A stretch of DNA of 64,000 nucleotides from Minisyncoccota bacterium (GTDB taxonomy: Bacteria; Patescibacteriota; Minisyncoccia; Phycocordibacterales; DAORIS01). The DNA is taken from positions 56,104 to 120,103 of the forward strand of contig DAORIS010000001.1 of the NCBI GenBank assembly GCA_035438625.1. The letters are read 5' to 3'. This document shows, one piece after another, positions 18,971-28,388 of this stretch; the first letter of the stretch is position 1; each line of letters opens with the position of its first letter. The translations under genes were made by a program, and so were the position numbers. The notes beneath the pieces were generated by a model. It was not told the origin of the DNA and made no database searches. It worked only from the letters and a program-made list of their open reading frames with translations.

Positions 18971-19481
18971 GGAGGTCATCGTGTTGAGACAGAAACTCAA
19001 GTCTCTCTTCTTCATGACATTCCCAATCCTGATTGGATTATTACTATTTGGTGTTGCTTTATACAAAGCATCCCACCTAGAAGAATTCGGTCGGTCGGTC
19101 GCTGAATTACCCCTCATTACAAGTGAGACCTTACCAATCTTAACGATTGGAGTCCCAATGGTTGAAGGGTTTCTCGGGATACTGATTCTCATAACTCCCG
19201 CTCACAGGGGAGTGTTAGTCGGTATACCGACCAGCGCACTGTTTCTTGTATTCATTACGTTTCACTTTTGGAGGATTTACGCCGGACTTATAACACCGTG
19301 CAGCTGTGGAATTCCATTGTTTGGCATTCCACCAGAATACCAATCGCATGCGATGATCATCTTCTGCACTATTGTTTTGAACCTCTGCCAACTGTGGTGG
19401 TGGTTCAAAGAAACACCACCCTCAAAGAGCACCACGAAAGAACGTGGTACTCAGAAAGGTCTCTATGAAGGTGCGGTGTAA
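18939..19481 (+). CDS. DoxX/MauE-like 4-TM membrane protein with CxC-G motif
   Basis: Four hydrophobic helices. LITPCSCGIPLFGIPPE resembles MauE/DoxX-family membrane proteins. Weak assignment. Confidence 0.35.
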   Translation: MRVTKKSWSIKEVIVLRQKLKSLFFMTFPILIGLLLFGVALYKASHLEEFGRSVAELPLITSETLPILTIGVPMVEGFLGILILITPAHRGVLVGIPTSALFLVFITFHFWRIYAGLITPCSCGIPLFGIPPEYQSHAMIIFCTIVLNLCQLWWWFKETPPSKSTTKERGTQKGLYEGAV

Positions 19482-20325
19482 TAAACACGCGTTTACACTT
19501 TCTGAACTACTTGTTGTTATCGGAATCATCGGAATTCTTTTTGCGCTCGTCGTACCTGCACTTGGCATCGCACGACGACACGCACAAAGAACCAAATGTT
19601 TGAGTAATTTAAGGCAGATTGCTCAGGCCACGATGGTGTACGTAACAAATCATCGTAGACTTCCAGTTGGTTCGATGATGATCAATTGGCCAACAAATGA
19701 TCCGCCGACCACTGCACAGTTCGACGCCTTACCACTACCATTCTTCGAGAGTCTGCTCCAACAAACAACCACCTTGGATTTGAAAAAAATCCAACCCTGG
19801 TCCGAGGTGACGAAGAATGTCCACACTGCAAAGATCCTGCTCTGTCCGAACGACGAGCTGGAATCTAAGTCAGTAGATGAACAGGTGAGTCAGTTTGTGT
19901 ATGCATACACATCTTCCAGGCCTACACTCTTTGACTCACACAGGAAAAACGTAGTGAGTTACGAAGTTAATTATGGTCTGGTGAACACCACATCCAGAAC
20001 TGAACTCCAGGATAAGTGGTACAACGGTAACCCATCCAAAGTTAAGCGCCCTACATCCATGGTTCTCTGTGGAGAAGGAATGGGGATTGGTGAGTTTAAA
20101 CACACCTGGGTTCCTGATGTGCAATTTCCCGAAAAGAGTTTGACGTTTGCTGATGTATACAAAGGTAACGGAGTCATGCAGTATTCAGAACTCCGGACAA
20201 TAAATCCCTTTGATATGAAACGACATGGAGGCAAGAGTAATTTTGTCTTCCTGGACGGTCACGCTGAAACAGTGACTATTAACGAGAAGGATCTCTCACA
20301 GTATGATCTGCTTCAGGAAAGATGA
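19465..20325 (+). CDS. DUF1559-type protein: prepilin-like N-terminal cleavage/methylation helix plus C-terminal H-X9-DG motif
   Basis: KHAFTLSELLVVIGIIGILFALVVPALGIARRHAQRTKCLSNLRQIAQATMVY matches the PVC-superphylum DUF1559 N-terminus (RGFTLIELLVVIAIIAIL...[24 protein letters not shown]). C-terminal HGGKSNFVFLDGH is exactly H-x9-DG. Confidence 0.75.
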   Translation: MKVRCNKHAFTLSELLVVIGIIGILFALVVPALGIARRHAQRTKCLSNLRQIAQATMVYVTNHRRLPVGSMMINWPTNDPPTTAQFDALPLPFFESLLQQTTTLDLKKIQPWSEVTKNVHTAKILLCPNDELESKSVDEQVSQFVYAYTSSRPTLFDSHRKNVVSYEVNYGLVNTTSRTELQDKWYNGNPSKVKRPTSMVLCGEGMGIGEFKHTWVPDVQFPEKSLTFADVYKGNGVMQYSELRTINPFDMKRHGGKSNFVFLDGHAETVTINEKDLSQYDLLQER

Positions 20326-20360
20326 CCACGTCAGTTCTTGTTTGTTCTTTTTTACAGCTT

Positions 20361-20400
20361 AGGCCCCAGACGCATATGCGCCCGGGGCTTTTCTTTTCTT
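20361..20400 (+). terminator. Rho-independent terminator after the DUF1559 gene
   Basis: ggcccc-agacgcatatgcgcc-cggggc followed by ttttcttttctt. The inner cgcatatgcg is itself palindromic. Confidence 0.5.
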
Positions 20401-20520
20401 GTAAACCCAATCTTTTTGCTAGTATATCGAACTGAAGATTTAGATGTATATGTAAAGGAGATAATAGAAAAAGACCCATACGCGATTGTGTCATAAACAC
20501 TTCGCATACGGGTCAATTTG

Positions 20521-20811
20521 TTAGTTGGATGCCGCGGTTGACATCCATGAGAAATCGGGCGGCACTTTAACGAACACCATTTCACCAGGAATTGTCGATC
20601 CATTAATTTCCTGGATCAGGTCAGTTACTTCTCCATCGGTAACCATGTTGTGTTGTCTTGCATCTCGCAATGCTGAGACAAACTCAGCCTTAGACCAACA
20701 TTCAATGGTGCAATTACGATTTCGAAAGCGAATCCACCCATGCAGACCACACGATTCACATATTTCCAGTCGAGCAGGGTACTTAGATTCACGATTGTCG
20801 TATCCTTCCAT
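20521..20811 (-). CDS. Small zinc-ribbon-like protein (Met start at 20811 with AAGGAG SD)
   Basis: MEGYDNRESKYPARLEICESCGLHGW...NRNCTIECW has two Cys pairs. The + strand ORF 20525..20863 on the opposite strand has junk-like composition. Confidence 0.3.
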   Translation of the reverse strand: MEGYDNRESKYPARLEICESCGLHGWIRFRNRNCTIECWSKAEFVSALRDARQHNMVTDGEVTDLIQEINGSTIPGEMVFVKVPPDFSWMSTAASN

Positions 20812-20937
20812 TGGGATCTCCTTGTTGATTTTTTTGGTGCGATCTAAGTATATTATAGCATAATTAAGCAATTTGTCAAATATAATACAACATAAAATCT
20901 GTGGATTTTTAAAGTTCTTACATAATGCCGTACAATA

Positions 20938-22071
20938 GTGCAAATGGCCCGTTCAGTAACAAAGGCAGTACAGAAGAAAGGAGCCGATAAAGGCTTGTTC
21001 TTTTTAGTTATCGGACTTGTTGTTGTTGGCTATATTATTTTCTTTTCTGCATCACTTGGACTCCTTGGGCGCGACGAAACAACCATTGGTGGCATCGCAC
21101 TGAAACAAGCAGTTGTGGGTATCCTCGGTGGGGCAGTAGCACTCTTTGTCTGTTCAATTATTCCCACAGACCACATTAGGAGGTTTTCGCCTTGGATATT
21201 CATCGGAGCGATTTTTGTAAACATGCTCATATTTATTCCTGGTATGTCTATTAGCGCTGGAGGTGCAACACGTTGGCTTGATTTGGGTTTTATCTCATTC
21301 CAGCCAGGAGAAATGCTCAAGTTTGCAGCTGTCTTGTTTTATGCAGCACTCCTTCGTCGTAACCGTGACGAAATGGATACATTTAAAGGAGGATTACTAC
21401 CACTCCTTGCAATTGGAGGCATTACAACCGGCATACTTCTTCTCCAGCGAGACACGGACCCAATTATTGGACTTGCACTAGTCCTCATGTTTTTCGTCTC
21501 AGGTGGTCGTTGGAAAGATCTTATAATCGTTGCACTAATCGCTTGTGTTGGTATTGGAGGATTGTTATATACCCGTCCGTATGTTTTGGATCGTGTAAAA
21601 ATATTTATTGACCCATCACAAGACTCACTTGGTTCCGGATACCAAGTACAGCAATCACTGATTGCCATTGGTAACGGAGGATTTTGGGGCCAAGGATTTG
21701 GCCAAAGCGTACAAAAGTTTAAATATCTTCCAGAGCCTGTCGGAGACTCGATATTTGCTGTTGCGGGAGAAGAATTTGGCTTTGCTGGGGCAGCATCCTT
21801 GGTAATTCTATATCTGGTACTTTCTGTTCGACTTTCAACACTTGCGTCACGCACAAGAGATGCTTTTGGAAGAGCTGTCATTATCGGCTTCTTAACCCTG
21901 ATTGTCGGCCAGTCATTTATGAATATTGGGGCTATGGTCAGCATTTTGCCACTAACCGGAGTACCACTTGCATTCATCAGCCACGGAGGAACAGCCCTTC
22001 TATTTGCTCTGGCTGAAATCGGCATTATATTAGGCATTTCTAAGGGGAAATCGTCGAGTTCTGCCGCATAG
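20938..22071 (+). CDS. ftsW: SEDS-family peptidoglycan glycosyltransferase FtsW/RodA
   Basis: SEDS pattern PGEMLKF, LLLQRDTDP and IAIGNGGFWGQGFGQSVQKFKYLPEPVGDSIFAVAGEEFGF. Confidence 0.85.
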   Translation: MQMARSVTKAVQKKGADKGLFFLVIGLVVVGYIIFFSASLGLLGRDETTIGGIALKQAVVGILGGAVALFVCSIIPTDHIRRFSPWIFIGAIFVNMLIFIPGMSISAGGATRWLDLGFISFQPGEMLKFAAVLFYAALLRRNRDEMDTFKGGLLPLLAIGGITTGILLLQRDTDPIIGLALVLMFFVSGGRWKDLIIVALIACVGIGGLLYTRPYVLDRVKIFIDPSQDSLGSGYQVQQSLIAIGNGGFWGQGFGQSVQKFKYLPEPVGDSIFAVAGEEFGFAGAASLVILYLVLSVRLSTLASRTRDAFGRAVIIGFLTLIVGQSFMNIGAMVSILPLTGVPLAFISHGGTALLFALAEIGIILGISKGKSSSSAA

Positions 22072-22094
22072 CGACTGGATGATATACTTGGCCA

Positions 22095-23225
22095 ATGAAA
22101 ATCGTTCTGACAGGAGGGGGAACTGGTGGCCACTTTTACCCACTGATTGCTGTAGCTGAAGAAGTGCAACGGATCGCCAAAGAAAAGAAACTCCTCACAC
22201 CTCAGTTGTACTTTATGTCGCCCCATCCATACGACGAGGGCATCCTCTATGAACACGGAATTCGGTTTATTAAAATTCCTGGCGGAAAAGTACGTCAGTA
22301 TTTCTCAATCAGAAACTTTTTTGATGTGTTTGTAACTGCATATGGTGTTATTAAGGCATTATGGGATATGTTGGTCCTGTATCCTGATGCGGTATTTTCA
22401 AAAGGTGGGTATGGTAGTTTTCCAACACTCATCGCTGCCCGCTTTTATCGCATTCCAATCATTGTCCATGAATCAGATACGGTTCCGGGAAAAGTGAACC
22501 TGTGGTCTGGAAAGATTGCATATCGAATTGCTGTTTCATATCCTGAAGCTGCACAATATTTTCCTAAAGATAAAGTTGCTGTGCTTGGAAACCCGGTTCG
22601 ACCATCTATCTCCATCGCATCAAAAGACACTGGAAAGGAGTATTTTGGCATCCCAGCCGCACGAAAGACTGTACTTGTCCTTGGAGGCTCACAAGGAGCA
22701 AAAATCATTAACGAAGCCATTCTAGAAGCTTTGCCTGATCTTGCAAAAGAGTATTCGGTCATCCACCAAACTGGTACGGCAAACTTTGAGGAAATTAAAA
22801 ACACTTCCTCTGTGGTCGTTTCGGATCCAAGTATTCTTGCAAACTATAAGCCATTTCCAAACCTCGACCCACTACACTTAAAAATGGCAGCGGGAGCAGC
22901 GGACGTGATCATCACTCGAGCAGGATCAACCCTCTTTGAAATTGCACTGTGGGAAACTCCAGCGATTGTCATTCCAATTACTAAATCAAATGGTGACCAC
23001 CAAAAGAAAAACGCTTTTGCGTATGCAAGAGCTGGCGCAGGATTAGTCATTGAAGAAAATAACTTAACTCCACACGTTCTCGTCTCAGAAGTTCGGAGAA
23101 TTGTTGAGACTCCTGCAATTTCAGACAGCATGAAAGCAGCAGCAAAAAGCTTTGCGAAGCCTGACGCTGCTGCAAAAGTTGCGGAAGCCTTGCTTGCTAT
23201 TGGTCTAACCCACGAAACAGAATAA
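22095..23225 (+). CDS. murG: Undecaprenyldiphospho-muramoylpentapeptide beta-N-acetylglucosaminyltransferase
   Basis: MKIVLTGGGTGGHFYPLIAVAEE N-terminal G-loop. C-terminal GGSQGAKIIN...ITRAGSTLFE. Confidence 0.9.
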   Translation: MKIVLTGGGTGGHFYPLIAVAEEVQRIAKEKKLLTPQLYFMSPHPYDEGILYEHGIRFIKIPGGKVRQYFSIRNFFDVFVTAYGVIKALWDMLVLYPDAVFSKGGYGSFPTLIAARFYRIPIIVHESDTVPGKVNLWSGKIAYRIAVSYPEAAQYFPKDKVAVLGNPVRPSISIASKDTGKEYFGIPAARKTVLVLGGSQGAKIINEAILEALPDLAKEYSVIHQTGTANFEEIKNTSSVVVSDPSILANYKPFPNLDPLHLKMAAGAADVIITRAGSTLFEIALWETPAIVIPITKSNGDHQKKNAFAYARAGAGLVIEENNLTPHVLVSEVRRIVETPAISDSMKAAAKSFAKPDAAAKVAEALLAIGLTHETE

Positions 23226-23226
23226 T

Positions 23227-24597
23227 ATGTCTGACACAAAAATAGTAACGAGGTTCGCACCAAGCCCCACAGGATTACTCCACGTGGGTTCGGTCCGTAC
23301 CATGCTCTTTAACTACCTCTATGCAAAAAAGCATGGGGGCAAGTTTATTCTTCGCATCGAAGACACTGACAAAGAACGCTCAAAAAAAGAACACGAGGAA
23401 TACATCTACGAGAGCATGAAATGGCTCAATATTGAAGCCGACGAGACATACGTACAATCAGAACGTACTGACATTTACATAAGCTATATTGATAAATTAA
23501 TTGCAGAAGGGAAGGCGTACACATCAAAAGAAAAAAACGAGGAAACAGGAGTTGAACGAGAATTGATCCGATTCAGAAACCCTAAAACAAAAGTCACCTT
23601 CAATGACATCATTCGAGGAGATATTTCATTTGAGACAGAAGAACTTGGAGATTTCATCATTGCTCGTACCCGAACAGAACCGTTGTATCACTTTGTAGTT
23701 GTAGTTGATGACTTTGAAATGGGCGTAACACACGTCATCCGTGGGGAAGACCATATATCAAACACTCCCCGACAAATCCTCATTCAAGAAGCAATCGGAG
23801 CACCTCGACCTGCATACGCTCACTTGCCACTCATTCTTGCTGAAGACCGGTCAAAGCTTTCGAAGCGAAAGCATGGGGAACTTGTTGCAACCCTGCACTA
23901 TCGTGACAATGGATACATTGCTGACGCCTTTGTTAACTTCCTCTGTTTACTTGGTTGGAACCCAGGAACAGACCAGGAACACTTCACCCGCGAAGACCTT
24001 ATTAACCAGTTTACACTCGAGCGCATTAACAAAGCAGGTGCAATTTTTGATGTCACAAAACTTCGCCACGTAAACAAAGAACACATGCTCAAACTGAATC
24101 CAGCTGTCCTTGAACACACACTTAGAAGTTGGATTGAGAAAGGCTCAATGGTCCGTGGCATGACTATTGCATCAGATCAGTACGGTCCAATTGCAGGAAT
24201 ACTTAAAGACCACATTTCAGTATTCGGAGATGTTGTTGAGGAATTCTCAAGCGGAGAATTCGACTTCTTACTTTCAGATGATGCCTCTCCTGCATATAAA
24301 CTCGACGTGGCTTCAATCCCATGGAAAAAATCTACACCTGAAAAAGCAATCGAACACCTTACGTTTGCTGAGAAATCTCTCGGTGAATTACCCGATAGAG
24401 CTTTTACTGCCGAGTACGTAAAATCATCACTCTGGCCGTATGCAGAAGAGCACGGAAAAGGAGATGTTCTCTGGCCAATCAGGTACAGTCTTTCCGGAAA
24501 ACAAAGTTCACCTGACCCCGTCACGCTAATCACGCTGCTTGGAAAAACAGAAGTCTTAAAAAGAATACGTAATGCAATTACAAAACTTGGAGCATAA
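23227..24597 (+). CDS. gltX: Glutamyl-tRNA synthetase
   Basis: HIGH-region RFAPSPTGLLHVGSVRT. KMSKS-type KLSKRKHG. Confidence 0.9.
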   Translation: MSDTKIVTRFAPSPTGLLHVGSVRTMLFNYLYAKKHGGKFILRIEDTDKERSKKEHEEYIYESMKWLNIEADETYVQSERTDIYISYIDKLIAEGKAYTSKEKNEETGVERELIRFRNPKTKVTFNDIIRGDISFETEELGDFIIARTRTEPLYHFVVVVDDFEMGVTHVIRGEDHISNTPRQILIQEAIGAPRPAYAHLPLILAEDRSKLSKRKHGELVATLHYRDNGYIADAFVNFLCLLGWNPGTDQEHFTREDLINQFTLERINKAGAIFDVTKLRHVNKEHMLKLNPAVLEHTLRSWIEKGSMVRGMTIASDQYGPIAGILKDHISVFGDVVEEFSSGEFDFLLSDDASPAYKLDVASIPWKKSTPEKAIEHLTFAEKSLGELPDRAFTAEYVKSSLWPYAEEHGKGDVLWPIRYSLSGKQSSPDPVTLITLLGKTEVLKRIRNAITKLGA

Positions 24598-25912
24598 AAA
24601 GGCGCTTTCAACTCTTTTAGTAACAGCAATCTTTGTTGGTCTTTTTTGTGTTGCACACGTATTTCTTGCGGAAACTTCGCACGCACAAACTGCAGTTGAT
24701 CAAGCGAAAGTGAAAGAGCTGGAGCGAGAGATCAAGGCACGTAACGAAGCACTTGCTGAACTTGAAGAGGAAATTAGTAAGTATCAAGGACAACTTACCG
24801 AAACATCACAGCGTGCTCGCACACTACAAAATACGGTTAACGAGCTTAATGCGTCAATCAATAAACTAACCAAAGAAACTCAAAAGACTCTTACAAATAT
24901 CGACAAGACAAACTTAACGATTGAGAAGTTAACAATTGATATCAAGACCAAGGAGCAGATTATCGGCGAACACAGACGGGCGCTCCGAGACATTATTTTC
25001 CAGTCGAGCCAACAGCAGTCTCAGTCGTTAATGGAGACAATACTTAAAGATACATCACTTGCTGCAGCATTTCAGGCAATTGATACAGGTCGCCAAGTAC
25101 AAAACTCTATTCAACAAAACCTTGACCTAATTTATGATACAAAGCGATCACTTGAAGGATCGGTAAATGAGAAGGAGAGTGAGAAAGTATCTCTTCAAAA
25201 ATATAAAGATCAACTACTCGACCAGCGCAAACTTGCCGAATCAAGCAAGGGTGAAAAAAGCAAAGTCCTCTCACAAACAAAAAGTGAAGAGAGCGAGTAT
25301 CAACGTCTCTTGAACCAAAAGATTGCAGCGAGAAAAGCATTCGAATCAGAACTCGCACAACTTGAAGCTGCGCTGAAAATTGCAATTGACCCAGCAAGTA
25401 TTCCTCAAAACGGAGACAAGGTACTCTCATGGCCAGTTGCCTCTGTTCGCATTACACAGCAGTTCGGAGACACTGAATTTTCTCGAAGTAACCCATTTGT
25501 ATATAGTGGACGAGGTCACAACGGTATCGACTTAGCCGCAAGTATCGGTACACCAATTAAGTCAGCTGCTGCTGGTACTGTTATTGGAACAGGAGACACG
25601 GACACAGCGTGTCCTGGAGGATCGTATGGAAAATGGGTGATGATCGAACACTCAAGTGGTCTTTCAACCCTCTACGCTCACTTATCTATGATTAAAGTTG
25701 CCCCCGGACAAGCGGTTTCAAACGGCGGACTGATTGGATACTCTGGTAACACTGGATACTCAACCGGTCCACACCTACACTTCACCGTATACGCTTCACA
25801 AGGTGTAAAGATCCAGTCACGTCCATCAACTGCCTGCGGAGGAAAGGTGTATACAATGCCGATTGCTGACCTTAAGGCATACCTCAACCCACTTCTGTAT
25901 ATCAATCAATAA
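24572..25912 (+). CDS. M23 (LytM-type) peptidase with N-terminal signal/TM and long coiled coil (EnvC-like)
   Basis: GRGHNGIDLAASIGTPIKSAAAGTV...HSSGLSTLYAHLSMI...GYSGNTGYSTGPHLHFTVY is the HxxxD...HxH M23 motif. Coiled coil between residues 40-260. Confidence 0.8.
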   Translation: MQLQNLEHKKALSTLLVTAIFVGLFCVAHVFLAETSHAQTAVDQAKVKELEREIKARNEALAELEEEISKYQGQLTETSQRARTLQNTVNELNASINKLTKETQKTLTNIDKTNLTIEKLTIDIKTKEQIIGEHRRALRDIIFQSSQQQSQSLMETILKDTSLAAAFQAIDTGRQVQNSIQQNLDLIYDTKRSLEGSVNEKESEKVSLQKYKDQLLDQRKLAESSKGEKSKVLSQTKSEESEYQRLLNQKIAARKAFESELAQLEAALKIAIDPASIPQNGDKVLSWPVASVRITQQFGDTEFSRSNPFVYSGRGHNGIDLAASIGTPIKSAAAGTVIGTGDTDTACPGGSYGKWVMIEHSSGLSTLYAHLSMIKVAPGQAVSNGGLIGYSGNTGYSTGPHLHFTVYASQGVKIQSRPSTACGGKVYTMPIADLKAYLNPLLYINQ

Positions 25913-26058
25913 CGTATGATCAAAACTGTATTTTCACTCATCGTCTTAATGGCAGTCCTACAGTTATATTTTAATATTGATGTAATCGCGTATGCAGAAC
26001 ATGGACTTGCAACAGCGAGAGCAAAAGCTCCTGGAGTAATTGAAGACATACAAGCGTC

Positions 26059-27480
26059 ATGGCCATTTACACGTTAACGAAGGCCGCGAGAATATTTACA
26101 TCCGCGACAACAATAACAGCACTACTATGGCACACCGTAATGCCATGTTCACTTCATGCTGCAATAAATATAAAAAAGTATGAACACATGCGTGAGTTCA
26201 TCGAACAAGGACAAGGCACAGGTGAGTACGCAACATTTGAAGTTCCTTCATCAGTCTTATCATCGATAGATTCTCTTGCTGAAATTACTGTTGTCTCAAA
26301 ATCTGACACGGTTCCACTGCCCCTCTCGTTTGAGCAGGGAAGTGTGAAGAAAAGTAGAAACCAAGTATATGCACGCGATACGTTTTCAACTGATGGAAAA
26401 ATCGTCCACATGGTCCCCGCAGGATCATTTCCAAAGGGGAAACTGATGGAATTAGTGTTTGGAGATAAGACACAAGTGAGTGGAACTGTGTCAATTTTCT
26501 ATACAAACGCAAATGCTGGAATGGACTTTAGCTTCTGGCAAATAGTTGCAAAAGATATTCCTGTGTATTCAAGCGCAAATTACCGAGACATTATCCGCAT
26601 GCAAAATACGATTGATGTAGATAAGTTAATGACAGCAGCAAGAATTTATCGTGGGGAAGACGCATTCGTATACGATCCACAGTACATGATTGTATTTAAA
26701 ACTGGTCCAGTATCTCCTGAGCCGACTTCCCTGGTATTATTTTCAATTCCGAAAGGGGACAACATTGGACTCCTCTACCGGTATGCATATGAAGAAGAAC
26801 GGAATGATACTGAAAAAACATACATCATTGATTTCAACCAAGCGGGTGTTATGCATGATGGAATCGAACTTACCGTCCGTGACCGAACATACGCGTCATA
26901 TGTAAAGCTCTACACAAGCTCTGATAAGAATGCTTGGACTCTTCGTGAAACAGATTCAATCTGGGGCGACCCGACTGCAGCCACAGGAACCTCAAAAGAA
27001 AAGAATCGGGTTTCATACACACCAACCCCTGATAGATACATCAAGTTGGAACTTGATTCGAGTGTACAAATTCATTCATTAGTAGGTATCAGTCACGCAC
27101 CGGTCCACGCTTTTGTGAAGCTCAAAAATGACCCACAAGCCTTTTCAGGAACTTCAACTGATACATCTACCGCTCGCAAAATATACCAACCGTCGAACCT
27201 TCGCATGTATTACAGTGTTCCAGATATATATAAGATGGATGAGACAAAGATAAAGGTTTTGGACTCTGGAACAATCGTACGTACAGGTGCAATCGAATTA
27301 ACAATTGGTCCTGAAACAAAAAATCCTGAATTCAATGATACGTTTTCAATAAGTGCAACTCGAGGCTCAGGAGAGAGGGTAAGGGAAGTTATTAATGTAT
27401 ACGGACAACTGATTGCATCATCAATCGCAGCACTGGGAGTTTTAACTATTGTATTAATGATTATTCGAAGCAAGTCATAA
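26059..27480 (+). CDS. Hypothetical secreted protein with C-terminal TM anchor and basic tail
   Basis: N-terminal hydrophobic segment, then ~430 aa with no recognised domain. C-terminus LIASSIAALGVLTIVLMIIRSKS. Confidence 0.45.
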   Translation: MAIYTLTKAARIFTSATTITALLWHTVMPCSLHAAINIKKYEHMREFIEQGQGTGEYATFEVPSSVLSSIDSLAEITVVSKSDTVPLPLSFEQGSVKKSRNQVYARDTFSTDGKIVHMVPAGSFPKGKLMELVFGDKTQVSGTVSIFYTNANAGMDFSFWQIVAKDIPVYSSANYRDIIRMQNTIDVDKLMTAARIYRGEDAFVYDPQYMIVFKTGPVSPEPTSLVLFSIPKGDNIGLLYRYAYEEERNDTEKTYIIDFNQAGVMHDGIELTVRDRTYASYVKLYTSSDKNAWTLRETDSIWGDPTAATGTSKEKNRVSYTPTPDRYIKLELDSSVQIHSLVGISHAPVHAFVKLKNDPQAFSGTSTDTSTARKIYQPSNLRMYYSVPDIYKMDETKIKVLDSGTIVRTGAIELTIGPETKNPEFNDTFSISATRGSGERVREVINVYGQLIASSIAALGVLTIVLMIIRSKS

Positions 27481-27814
27481 CCTCGGCTAGCCCAAGGCAT
27501 AGGTCGTAAAAGATATATTGTGCGACACTCTCATACCACTTCCCCAGGGCATCAAAAAGTTATCCACAGTTGAGATTTTTTACACCTCTCTACTCTACTT
27601 AGTAATTACAGATAAAAATATCGCGCGAATTTTCTCGCGCGATACTGACATCCATTTCTATTGAGCAGAGGACGGGTCGGCATCCATGCCTAGACTAGGA
27701 TCACCTCCCTTCTACGAGGTTATCAGGGAAGCCTCGTACGACATGGTCCGGTAAATAAGTGGCATTTGCATAAGCCCACCAACCTTCCTGCTTACCAAGC
27801 AAAGGAACTTGCAC

Positions 27815-27848
27815 AGAAAACCCCCCGAACGTTCGGGGGGTTTTCTTG
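27815..27848. terminator. Bidirectional Rho-independent terminator (ccccccgaac-gttcgggggg flanked by A-run and T-run)
   Basis: gaaaaccccccgaacgttcggggggttttct. Confidence 0.7.
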
Positions 27849-27878
27849 ATGCTTACATGTGATCAGTATACTGCGAGA

Positions 27879-28388
27879 TTATCGCTTTGACCAACATGGC
27901 TTGGAAGCACTCCAAGGCTGGGAACCACTCTTCTTATATAGGTACTCAGCGTAGGCTAGGTTACCTTCAAGAGTAAGGAGGTCGAGTCCGAGCTTTTCAG
28001 CGGTCTTCTTATGGTATCGCTCGTTAATCTGCATAACTCCTACGTCAGCTGAGTCAACCTTTCCACGAAGCACCTTACCGCTACTATCATAGTGACGGAG
28101 AGTTGATTCACAGAATGCGATCTCGGCAAGAATAGGTGTTGCGGCGAAATACGCCTTAACAGTTTGTGCAATATCTTCTGACTGCTTTTGCTTCTTGTTA
28201 GAAGTTAAAGCGTCTGAAGTATTTGGAGCGTCAGATGTAAGTAGGCTTTCAGTAGTAGCAATAAGGACAGTATCGGCAGCAGTAGCAGGATTTGATAGTG
28301 CAAGTGTCACGTCCATTGGACCCTGCGCGTTAATAGCAGGAGCAACGGCGATAACGAGCACTGATGCGAACTTTGCAAGTGATGTCAT
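27879..28388 (-). CDS. Secreted lysozyme-like / transglycosylase-like protein
   Basis: Signal peptide LAKFASVLVIAVAPAINAQG. AFCESTL...DVGVMQINERYH resembles the glycoside-hydrolase catalytic Glu and GLMQI region of SLT/RPF-type domains. Weak. Confidence 0.35.
   Translation of the reverse strand: MTSLAKFASVLVIAVAPAINAQGPMDVTLALSNPATAADTVLIATTESLLTSDAPNTSDALTSNKKQKQSEDIAQTVKAYFAATPILAEIAFCESTLRHYDSSGKVLRGKVDSADVGVMQINERYHKKTAEKLGLDLLTLEGNLAYAEYLYKKSGSQPWSASKPCWSKR

Noticed and set aside
20525-20863. 112-aa + strand ORF overlapping the small minus-strand zinc-ribbon gene
   Set aside because: Ser/Arg-rich low-complexity translation with no SD. The minus-strand frame has an AAGGAG SD and Cys pairs.
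21339-22256. 305-aa ORF on the minus strand
   Set aside because: Entirely antisense to the well-supported ftsW and the murG start. Pro/Ser/Arg-rich junk-like composition and no start signals. Treated as a shadow ORF.
27698-27711. GGATCACCTCC interpreted as the end of a 16S rRNA gene
   Set aside because: The 60 nt upstream (gagcagaggacgggtcggcatccatgcctagacta) do not resemble the conserved 16S 3' domain (…GTAACAAGGTAACCGTAGGGGAACCTGCGG…). So not an rRNA gene. Retained as a finding about a possible anti-SD mimic instead.
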